From: a virus
IMG/VR virus record: IMGVR_UViG_3300045988_096059
Location: 1-41,602 of that record
Reading direction: 5' to 3' (one strand)
DNA length: 41,602 nt
Part shown: positions 15,916 to 23,800 of the stretch, piece by piece
Numbering within the stretch: the stretch's first letter is position 1
Layout of the letters: every line of letters starts with the position of its first letter
Translations under genes and position numbers: made by a program
The notes under the pieces: model-generated
The model's database searches: none
Told to the model about the DNA's origin: nothing
The model's input: only the letters and a program-made list of their open reading frames with translations

Positions 15916-16039
15916 CGTAAATGCGTTTGACATTATACCGCATTTGTGATAGAATGTGATTGCGAATCAATTCTATAAATTGCGTATGCCGTCTACGTCG
16001 CAAATGCGTTCCATGCTTACAGTATAAACCGCATCTGCG
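15916..16039. promoter_or_regulatory. Four CGCA-N2-TGCG-type palindromic boxes (candidate CI/Cro operators)
   Basis: CGTAAATGCG at 15916 (1 mismatch), CGCATTTGTG at 15939 (1 mismatch), CGCAAATGCG at 15999 (perfect), CGCATCTGCG at 16030 (perfect). The boxes overlap both promoters. Confidence 0.55.
15927..15955 (+). promoter_or_regulatory. Sigma-70-type promoter toward the CI-like/lipoprotein/integrase genes
   Basis: TTGACA, 17-nt spacer, TAGAAT (with TGA extended -10). Confidence 0.7.
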
Positions 16040-16049
16040 TTGTAGTCAA
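16021..16049 (-). promoter_or_regulatory. Sigma-70-type promoter toward the early (lytic) operon
   Basis: On the minus strand: TTGACT, 17-nt spacer, TATACT. The spacer carries the perfect box CGCATCTGCG. It is positioned face-to-face with the plus-strand promoter. Confidence 0.65.
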
Positions 16050-16093
16050 GCATTTTGTTACGTGTTTACGCACTATATTTGAAAGGAACGGAT

Positions 16094-16471
16094 ATGAATG
16101 AGGTATTGCAACGCATTGAGGGATTAAGAGAATTAAAAAAAATTTCAAAGTACAAGTTATGTAAAGACTTGAAAATTAGTCAGTCTACATATAATACGTG
16201 GATATATGAAAACCGCATACCGCCAGCAAACAGAATCCAACTAATTGCAGACTATTTCAACATACCTATTGATTATTTGATGACTGGTGAAATAGAGCGA
16301 AAAATAGACGGAGCAAATATAATAGAAGAAAAAGCCGCTCTGGTCGCAAGAATAACTAAAGATTCAGAGCTACTTATTACTATAGAAGAATATTACTCTC
16401 TCAGCGAAGCCATGAAGCAGTTCGTCCGGAACATGGTTCATGACTTGACTGTGAGAGACATTGAAGATTAG
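16094..16471 (+). CDS. CI-like XRE-family repressor (125 aa, no S24 peptidase domain)
   Basis: ISKYKLCKDLKISQSTYNTWIYENRIP is an HTH_3. ATG at 16094 is preceded by GAAAGGAA. It is divergent from the cro-like gene. Confidence 0.8.
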   Translation: MNEVLQRIEGLRELKKISKYKLCKDLKISQSTYNTWIYENRIPPANRIQLIADYFNIPIDYLMTGEIERKIDGANIIEEKAALVARITKDSELLITIEEYYSLSEAMKQFVRNMVHDLTVRDIED

Positions 16472-16563
16472 TTTTCTTCATAAAGTGCCTGTACATACTT
16501 TAGGATGTAGTAAAGTTCTTCGTCAGGCAGTTTTTCTAAAATCTCAATAATTTCGTTCAGCAT
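16468..16563 (-). CDS. possible 31-aa peptide (MLNEIIEILEKLPDEELYYILKYVQALYEEN)
   Basis: ATG at 16563 is preceded by AAGGGAG. It converges on the CI-like gene stop. Very short, so weak. Confidence 0.25.
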   Translation of the reverse strand: MLNEIIEILEKLPDEELYYILKYVQALYEEN

Positions 16564-16684
16564 ATTGCACACTCCCTTCTAAGGATTGTGTGATAATTAT
16601 ATATCATTACCCTTGCAGAACGGCAGGCTACCGCTTGCTATTTTGCGACAAGAAAACTGTTTTTGTGAAAGAGAGGAAGAAGTT

Positions 16685-16957
16685 GTGAAAAAATTAGCCT
16701 ATCTGATTTTGCCGTTTATCTTGGTGATGTCCCTATGTGCTTGCGGTGGCAGTTCATCCAACGATGTTGACACAAGCTCGTACAACAAAGGATATATGGA
16801 TGCACTAAATGATATCAACGTGGAAACTCTGATGGAGTGCAATCAGAACTATGATACATTATCAGAGGAACAATACGATGCTATCTCAGCGTATGTTTAT
16901 GCGGCATTGAAAGAGTACACGAGTCAGCAGAGCGAAGAACACGAAATACACGAATAG
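16685..16957 (+). CDS. prophage lipoprotein (90 aa)
   Basis: GTG at 16685 is preceded by GAGAGGAAG. Signal peptide with lipobox MKKLAYLILPFILVMSLCAC|GG. It lies between the repressor and the integrase. Confidence 0.7.
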   Translation: MKKLAYLILPFILVMSLCACGGSSSNDVDTSSYNKGYMDALNDINVETLMECNQNYDTLSEEQYDAISAYVYAALKEYTSQQSEEHEIHE

Positions 16958-16998
16958 CTTCGGCTACTCGTTTTATTTTGAAAGATGGAGGTGATGAC

Positions 16999-18339
16999 GT
17001 GCGATGTGCACTTTATATCAGAGTATCCTCTGATGAACAAAAAAGAAACGGTTTCTCTCTGCCAGAGCAAAGGCACGCTCTGATGCAGTACGCTAAGGAA
17101 AAGGGATACACCATAGTAGACCTTTATGCAGATGAGGGAGTGTCTTCTTCCAAAAATCCGCAGCGCAGACATGAGTTTCAACGTATGCTTTCCGATGTTA
17201 AAAAAGGAAAGATAGATATTATCGTATTCCTCAAGTTAGACAGGTGGTATCGAAATGTTGGAGACTATTACCTCACGCAGGCAATCCTAGACCAATACGG
17301 CGTGAAATGGGAGTGCGTCGTCGAGAAGTACGACACGACCACCAGAACCGGTAAACTGGGGCTTAACATCAAGCTTACCGTAGCAGAAGACGAATCCGCC
17401 AATGCCAGCGAGCGTGTCAAATTCGTTCAGGCTGGCAAAGTCAGAAATCGTGAGCCTATCACTGGCAATCAGCCGTTCGGTTACAAAATCGAAACGATTG
17501 ACGGAGTGAAACGAATCGTCAAGGACCCGGAAACACAGGCAGAATGCGAAGATATGTTTGAAACGTTCTTCGCCACTGGATCCGGCGGAGCTACCAGTAA
17601 ATATATCAATGCCAAGTATGGGAGAAGTCTTGCCGAAAACGCAATACCACGCAGACTGAAAAATCCTTTTTATACGGGAGAATATCGTGGAGTGCCAGAC
17701 TATTGTCCGGCATACATCACAAAGGAACAACACGCTCGCATACTAGCTATCTTCGCCAAGCGTACACGGAGCACCAAGCGGAAAAAAGTATATCTGTTCG
17801 CAGGGCTTATCAAATGCCCTGTATGCGGAAGAACTATGGTGAGCTGTACCATGAACAAGAAAACCCTCGGATACCGATGTCGTCATCATTATATGAATAA
17901 GTGTACGTTTGTCCATACCATAACCGAAGAACGCATAGAAAGCTTTCTCCTTGAAAATATAGGCTCGATGCTTGAGCAATACCTGATTTCATACAAAGAA
18001 CAGAACAAAGCGAAAAAAAAGCCTGACCCCCGGAAGTTGGAGGACAGGCTCTCTCGATTAAACAACATATACATGATGGGCAACATCTCTGACAGTGAGT
18101 ACACGAAAAAGGCAAACGAAATAACGGCTCAAATTGCCGCTATAAAGTGTGCAAACAGCAACGACCTTCCAATCCCCGAAGAGTCCATAAAACTCCTGTC
18201 AGACAAGCGATTTGCCACCTTGTACGCTGACTTGCCACGGGAAAGCCGCAAGGCTCTGTGGATGAGTCTCATTGATTCAATCGAGGTTGAGGGGCTTTAC
18301 CCGAAGCAAGTCTTTTTTATCGGTCAGGAAAGACTCTAA
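16999..18339 (+). CDS. int: large serine recombinase (integrase)
   Basis: N-terminal resolvase catalytic domain (ALYIRVSSDEQ...GFSLPEQ), recombinase domain and zinc ribbon (CPVCGRTM...YRCRHH), plus a C-terminal coiled coil. GTG at 16999 is preceded by GGAGGTG (track start 16978). Confidence 0.93.
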   Translation: MRCALYIRVSSDEQKRNGFSLPEQRHALMQYAKEKGYTIVDLYADEGVSSSKNPQRRHEFQRMLSDVKKGKIDIIVFLKLDRWYRNVGDYYLTQAILDQYGVKWECVVEKYDTTTRTGKLGLNIKLTVAEDESANASERVKFVQAGKVRNREPITGNQPFGYKIETIDGVKRIVKDPETQAECEDMFETFFATGSGGATSKYINAKYGRSLAENAIPRRLKNPFYTGEYRGVPDYCPAYITKEQHARILAIFAKRTRSTKRKKVYLFAGLIKCPVCGRTMVSCTMNKKTLGYRCRHHYMNKCTFVHTITEERIESFLLENIGSMLEQYLISYKEQNKAKKKPDPRKLEDRLSRLNNIYMMGNISDSEYTKKANEITAQIAAIKCANSNDLPIPEESIKLLSDKRFATLYADLPRESRKALWMSLIDSIEVEGLYPKQVFFIGQERL

Positions 18340-18371
18340 CGTACATGACAGTTCTGTCACGTTACTTAGAG
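18334..18371. other. Candidate attP core: imperfect inverted repeat around TGACAG-TT-CTGTCA
   Basis: CTCTAACG-taca-TGACAG TT CTGTCA-CGTTActtaGAG, in the 42-bp gap between the convergent int gene and 18382..18825. Confidence 0.3.
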
Positions 18372-18381
18372 GCTACCATCC

Positions 18382-18825
18382 CTATACCATAGTGAAGTAT
18401 TTTGCAACCTTATACGGTGGTGCGTCCTCGTCGTTCAGGAAGTCCTGTGCCAAGTCGAAATAGAAGTCCGGAGAGTCACCTGCATATTTCTGTCCAGTAT
18501 CCTTGGAGTCGTTATAATACATATTCATTGCCAGATAAAACTCTTTAAAGTGGTCTTCTAGTCCTTTGGATTTCACAAAATTTACAACGTCTTCATATGT
18601 CCACCGCTCGCCTACCGGAGTCATGCCGTGTACTTTCTCCTGTGCCCATGCCAAGTCAAAATTATAAAGAATTTCTTCCGCACGATTTATAAGACTGCGG
18701 TACACGTCCGGATTGTTCTGTCTGACATAATCAGCGGCGGAATAATAAATTTCATTCGCTTCTCGCATCTTACATTTATCATCGCCCTCATAGATGATGT
18801 CAGTAACTTCTTTTAACCCTTTCAC
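18382..18825 (-). CDS. hypothetical acidic/aromatic-rich protein (147 aa)
   Basis: GTG start is preceded by GGAGGTG. No family recognised. Confidence 0.6.
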   Translation of the reverse strand: MKGLKEVTDIIYEGDDKCKMREANEIYYSAADYVRQNNPDVYRSLINRAEEILYNFDLAWAQEKVHGMTPVGERWTYEDVVNFVKSKGLEDHFKEFYLAMNMYYNDSKDTGQKYAGDSPDFYFDLAQDFLNDEDAPPYKVAKYFTMV

Positions 18826-18838
18826 GGTATCACCTCCG

Positions 18839-19246
18839 TTACAGTTTTGTTACTGTCACAGCCGCATTATTTGTAGTGACTTCCTGACCGCTGATTACCA
18901 CCGTCAGATTTGCTCTTGATTCTCCACAGCAAGCGACTCTGACAAGACATGCTAACGGGATTGTAACAACATCATTTGCCGCCGCTGTTACTGTGCCGGT
19001 AGCTCCCGGAACAAGTGCTCCATCTTTATACAGTGATGCTGTTACTGCGCCTGCTGCCGAAGCTGTGACTGTGATTGTAGCGTTCACTTCATAATAACCC
19101 CTGTCAAAGAGTGTGATTGCATTACCGTTCAGGTTTGCTCCATTTCCAAACCTCCGGATAATCTGCGTAAGCGGAAGTGCGCTTCCTACCGGTATAGAAG
19201 TTCCTGCTGTAGTATTTACAGCGTACAGTGCTGATTTACAACTCAT
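18839..19246 (-). CDS. BclA C-terminal / C1q-TNF-like beta-jelly-roll protein (135 aa)
   Basis: The alternating beta pattern ...IPVGSALPL......G..L.GNAITL.D.GYYEVNATITVT......VTASLYKDGALVPGA... resembles BclA-CTD heads. It has no collagen stalk. RBS AAAGGAGAA. Confidence 0.5.
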   Translation of the reverse strand: MSCKSALYAVNTTAGTSIPVGSALPLTQIIRRFGNGANLNGNAITLFDRGYYEVNATITVTASAAGAVTASLYKDGALVPGATGTVTAAANDVVTIPLACLVRVACCGESRANLTVVISGQEVTTNNAAVTVTKL

Positions 19247-19261
19247 TATGTTCTCCTTTCA

Positions 19262-19291
19262 TTAAAAAGGGGGCGGTAAAACACCGCCCCC
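19262..19291 (-). terminator. Intrinsic terminator after the 211-aa gene
   Basis: Minus-strand RNA GGGGGCGG-UGUUUUA-CCGCCCCC followed by UUUUUAAU. Confidence 0.75.
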
Positions 19292-19310
19292 ATACCCCTT
19301 GTCAAACTGA

Positions 19311-19946
19311 CTAAATGTTTGCATAGTTTCCGCAACAACTGTTTGCTGTGTACGGACTTGCTGTGATGTACGCAGGTTTTGCTACCGGCTGTAACTGTCC
19401 AATTAGGTACGCATTCTGTGCACACTGACTGTTAGCTAACTTTTCGTCGGCAAGCTTGTCTCTAAGAGCCTGCATTTCATTCTGTGTGATGAGTGCCCTT
19501 GTTGCTTCTCCTTCTGCGTGGATTGCGTTCGTGATTGTGCATGTGTTCTGTGCGTTCTCGAATTTCACAGAATCAATGTTTCTGTTGGTTTCGCAACAAC
19601 ACTGAGACTGCTGATATCCGAGCTGTGCTACACTTGCTCCAATCTGGTTCAGATCCTGTAGTGCATTATACGCCTGATCCTTGATGATTGTAGACACGTC
19701 ATAGCCTGCCTGTCTGGTAGCCGCTACGCCCTCGTTCATCTGACGTTCTAATGCCGCAAAGTTGAACTGGTTCTGCACGTCTTCCGTGGTAGCACACTGT
19801 CTGCTATTGTTATTCCACCCACCGAAGCCATTGCCGCCCCATGCGAGCAGGAAAAACAGCATCATGACCCACATATAGCCACCGCCATACATTCCGTCAC
19901 TGTCCCGATTATTCATATCGAATACCGGCTGTACTCCATTGTCCAT
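19311..19946 (-). CDS. membrane-anchored Gly/Gln/Cys-cluster protein (211 aa)
   Basis: RBS AAAGGGGGA. N-terminal MYGGGYMWVMMLFFLLAWGGNGFGGW (YjcZ-like Gly-rich TM), a long helical region, QCCCETNR and C-terminal NSCCGNY. Confidence 0.65.
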   Translation of the reverse strand: MDNGVQPVFDMNNRDSDGMYGGGYMWVMMLFFLLAWGGNGFGGWNNNSRQCATTEDVQNQFNFAALERQMNEGVAATRQAGYDVSTIIKDQAYNALQDLNQIGASVAQLGYQQSQCCCETNRNIDSVKFENAQNTCTITNAIHAEGEATRALITQNEMQALRDKLADEKLANSQCAQNAYLIGQLQPVAKPAYITASPYTANSCCGNYANI

Positions 19947-19969
19947 GAGTTATCCCCCTTTCATTTTTA

Positions 19970-20206
19970 TTACTTAAAGCCGCCCATGCGACTGAAAGCT
20001 CCCATCAGCTCGTCAAAGTTGACTCCTGTCTGATTGCATATGTTTCTAACCACCTGTTCCATTTGCGGTGGTGTCTTGCCCTGCATCATCTGCATTGCTC
20101 GTGAGAAATTAGGATTATTCCCGAAGCTCTGCATCATTGCTTGCATTGGATTCTGCGTTCCCATTACAGGAGCAAACATTTGCATTATCTGATCTGGATT
20201 GAACAT
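19970..20206 (-). CDS. Met/Gln/Asn-rich small protein (78 aa)
   Basis: RBS AGGGGGAG 6 nt upstream of the ATG. Sequence NPMQAMMQSFGNNPNFSRAMQMMQGKTPPQ. Confidence 0.6.
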   Translation of the reverse strand: MFNPDQIMQMFAPVMGTQNPMQAMMQSFGNNPNFSRAMQMMQGKTPPQMEQVVRNICNQTGVNFDELMGAFSRMGGFK

Positions 20207-20543
20207 TCTCTATCTCCCCCTTTAGTGCTATGATCGCACTCTCCACTTTTCTAAGACGTTCGCCTATTTTATCTTCCGGTGACTGTATCGGTTCCGGAGA
20301 ATACGCCGTTATCTCCGCAACTCCGTCCAGATTGATACATTTTGTATAGATTTTGCCGTTCGTTACGTCCATAAACACACATTTTGTGCCATCAAGAGCG
20401 ATTCTGGCGGCTTTTACCTCTTCGATGGATGAAACTGGCTGACACGTCATAAAGTTTTGCTGTGGTGGCATCACCGGCGGTGTCTGCGGTGTGTACTGCG
20501 GATACATTCGCCCTATTGGCTGTCCGTATTGCTGATAATTCAT
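20115..20543 (-). CDS. Pro/Gln-rich N-terminus protein (142 aa)
   Basis: RBS GGAAAGGGGAAG. Sequence MNYQQYGQPIGRMYPQYTPQTPPVMPPQQNF, then a small globular segment and a coiled coil. The last 92 nt overlap the next gene. Confidence 0.6.
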   Translation of the reverse strand: MNYQQYGQPIGRMYPQYTPQTPPVMPPQQNFMTCQPVSSIEEVKAARIALDGTKCVFMDVTNGKIYTKCINLDGVAEITAYSPEPIQSPEDKIGERLRKVESAIIALKGEIENVQSRSDNANVCSCNGNAESNASNDAELRE

Positions 20544-20571
20544 TTTTCTTCCCCTTTCCTATGTTTATTGT

Positions 20572-20609
20572 AAAAAAAAAGAACCCTCCGGAAGTAATCC
20601 GAAAGGTTC
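20572..20609 (-). terminator. Strong intrinsic terminator ending the late operon
   Basis: Minus-strand RNA GAACCUUUCGG-AUUACUU-CCGGAGGGUUC (11 bp including 2 GU pairs) followed by U9. Confidence 0.85.
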
Positions 20610-20617
20610 TCAAAAGT

Positions 20618-20848
20618 CTATAAAAAGTTATTCAGTTTTTCCAGACATCGCCGATGCTTTGCCTTTATGGTTCCTTCACAATATCCAAGCATATCACCAA
20701 TATAGCCAAAGTTTTTCCCTTTTAAATAGTGGAGTCTTAAAATCTCTTTTTCATCATCTGTTAAAACACATTGCTCCAATAATTTTTCAAACTCTTGCAC
20801 TCCACATATACGACGAAGCTTGCGCCTCGTCTCTATGTGGTTACTCAT
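20618..20848 (-). CDS. sigma-70 region-4-only HTH protein (76 aa)
   Basis: LTDDEKEILRLHYLKGKNFGYIGDMLGYCEGTIKAKHRRCLEKL is a sigma70_r4/LuxR-type HTH. Confidence 0.7.
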   Translation of the reverse strand: MSNHIETRRKLRRICGVQEFEKLLEQCVLTDDEKEILRLHYLKGKNFGYIGDMLGYCEGTIKAKHRRCLEKLNNFL

Positions 20849-20859
20849 TTGTTTTCTCC

Positions 20860-23800
20860 TTACATTCTCGCTGTGGTTTTCTTACGTATCTTTGCCGTCT
20901 TGCTCTTGAAACTGGAATCAATAGGGGAATCCCAGTCTTTCAGATTAACCGCACTCACTTTGCCACTATTGGACAGTGCGTCCTTTACATAGCTTTCCCA
21001 TGACGGCATGTTGGTCTTCTTGGTGGAGGTAGAAGAGCTTCCAGAACGTCCGGAACGACGACGACCACTTCTACCATAGCCGCCCCTACCTCTGCCGGAG
21101 CTGACTTTATCCAGCTTGTCAAAGCTAAGATAGTTTGGGATACGTCCGTAAGGATTCTTTGCAGAAGATCCCTTGAGGTATTCAAACAGGCAGGCTTTTT
21201 CTGCCTTAGAGGAAAGCCCCAGACTATCTATGTACTTTACAAGTTCCTTTTTGTTCAGACTGCCGTTACCGTCTTCGTCGCACTGATACACTGACATAAA
21301 CTTATGCTCCGTCAAAGACTTAAAGGTGTATCCGAAATTTTTCAGTCCCACTCCCATGTTGGCTTTCTGTTCACTCAACCCAAGTGCACGGTATGTACGC
21401 TCCTTGATGTTAAAACCTGCAGCGGAAACAGCTTTATTCGCAGTGGATGTTGAAACTCCCGCCTTGTTTATGCCAGATGCGATATTACATGAGGCATTAG
21501 TGAATTCTTTTCTGTTGCCGCCAGAGTTAAGATACTCTTTTGCCGCCTTTACTTTATCTGTATGGATCCCATAAGCTGTAGCCATTTTATCGTTTCCGGA
21601 CAAAGCGACTGCCATTGCCTTGATATAATAATCAGAAGCGTGCGATCTAGCAATCAATTTCTCCTTCTGAATGTAAAAGTTAACAAACTCTTTGTCCGTA
21701 CCGCCAAGCATTTTGTTTGCTCTGCGTGCTTCTTTGTCGTTTTCTTCATTCTTCGCGATACGATTTGCGGCAAACTTAGCACCATAGGTTTTCAGGTCAG
21801 CGCAAGTCTGCCCGATCCAGTGTGCATCCTTGACTTCGGATGATTTCATTTTCCAGGTCATATTTTTGTACGATTTCGCATCGATCATATCCTTGATGCC
21901 ACTTGCCTGCTGTCTCCGGCTTTCTTTGCCGAATTTGTACGCTTCATCGTAGGTCATGCGCTTACCATTGCCAAGATCGTAGCTTGGGTTTCCGGTGAAG
22001 TTGTAGAAGAAAAACTTCTTGTCGTTCCCCTCTTCCATATGATTATAAATTGCAATGATCTCCTTGTCCATTTTTGTGAACTTGATTTCCTTGACATTGG
22101 AAGGATTCACAAAAGACTGCAGCAGTCTTGTGACAACGTTATTGCCATTTTCGACGTCGTTTCCGAACCGGTCAACCTTTGGGTTCAGCAGTTTATTTCT
22201 AAGCCCAGGAACACGATTTATCATCTTCCTGCGCCACGAATCCCATGACTTGGAAACAGGGTTTTCCTTGGTGGAGCGTGTATCTCTCATTTTGCTGTCG
22301 AGTGCTCCCGCTAACTGCGAGGACACCTGTGGAACAAATCCATTAAGATACCCCTGCGGTACAGAACCAAACAACGCCTGGAACGCTGCTCCGCTCCAAT
22401 CAGCTTCGCCATTGCCCTGACGGTATGCCTGGTCAATGAAGTTTTCGACGGTATCCTTTGTCCCCGACATAAACGACATGTCAAGCATAGGACCCGTCAT
22501 AGCAGTAAGACAATTCCAGACAGCCATAGGCTGCCACCCATCAGCAGTTATTTCATTCCACACTTGCGCTCCCATAAACAATGAACTTTGCATCGGGGAA
22601 GCCCAGTCTATCGTCCAAGAGTATTCCTTGCCGTTCGGGAAGTGAATGTTCAGTGAGTAGTCCTGAAATCCCATATCACGGTCATAATATGCGTCTCCGG
22701 ACACATTGCCAGCCTTTACGGTAATGACTCCGCTTTCCGCCAGATACATTCCTAACCCGAAAACACCTGTCCCAGTAAGCCCGGTGGCAAGGTCATGAAG
22801 CCCCTGTTTGAATAATTCAGGGTCTTCTTGCTTAACCAGTTTTGTTGTTGCTCTGATAAGCGATATCGGGGAAAAGTCAACACTTCGCCTGAATACATTA
22901 ACTGGGGTTTTTACAAACGGTACAGAGGATTCAAGAGCGGCGTTGGCAAGCCTGTATCCGGCAGTGCCAAGACGTGTTTTCCCTTTTGCTCCCTCTGTTT
23001 TCTGCTTCAATCCTGTGAGCCAAGAACTGAATTGTGTCGTGTCTCGGAAAGTCGCATATTCAGCTTTAAACAAAGCATAGTTTCTCGCTTCATTCTTCTG
23101 CTCCGCTGTGAGATTCTTAATATCCCATCCCTTAGACTCGCACTTTCTGACGTAGTTCTTCTTAAATTCTGGGATGAACGTAAGCATATCTTCTTTTTCT
23201 AATAGATTGTAATTCTTATTCACCATCCACCGCAGAGCCTTCCACTCTACTGCGGTTACTCCTTCTGGGCGTGTGGACTCGATATATCGGTTGATGCTTC
23301 CGGAATTATCATAGGCTTCCTTAAATTCTTTATCTAAAAGCTCTTTGTTTTCCTTGATTATCTTCCGGTCAACCTTTACCATGTCAACTTCGCCGCCGAG
23401 TTTTTCAATGTGGCTTTTTGCCATTTTATTCATGACCACTTCCATGCCGTCAGATAGACTTCTTACCGCCTTGAACATATAGTTACCCACTAGATTTCGC
23501 TCATGAGTTTTCAGGTTGCCGAGCATGGACAGGTGTCTGATTTCATTGAACTTTTCAAAGAGTGTTGCCGGTATCTTATCCCAGATTTCCCGGTTGATTT
23601 CATCCATCACATCTGTGATTTCATCGTCGCTTGCATTTAAGATGCGCTGTACCTGATCCTCTGTTAGTTCCAGTTTCCCGTTTTTCAAACGACTGCTGTA
23701 TCTACTGTTCAGCCGGTCAATATCTTTGAGTGCCATTCGCACCCTTCCTTCCGGCGTAGTCTTTACCAGAAGTTTTGCGGCATTGAGGGCGCGTCCGCTG

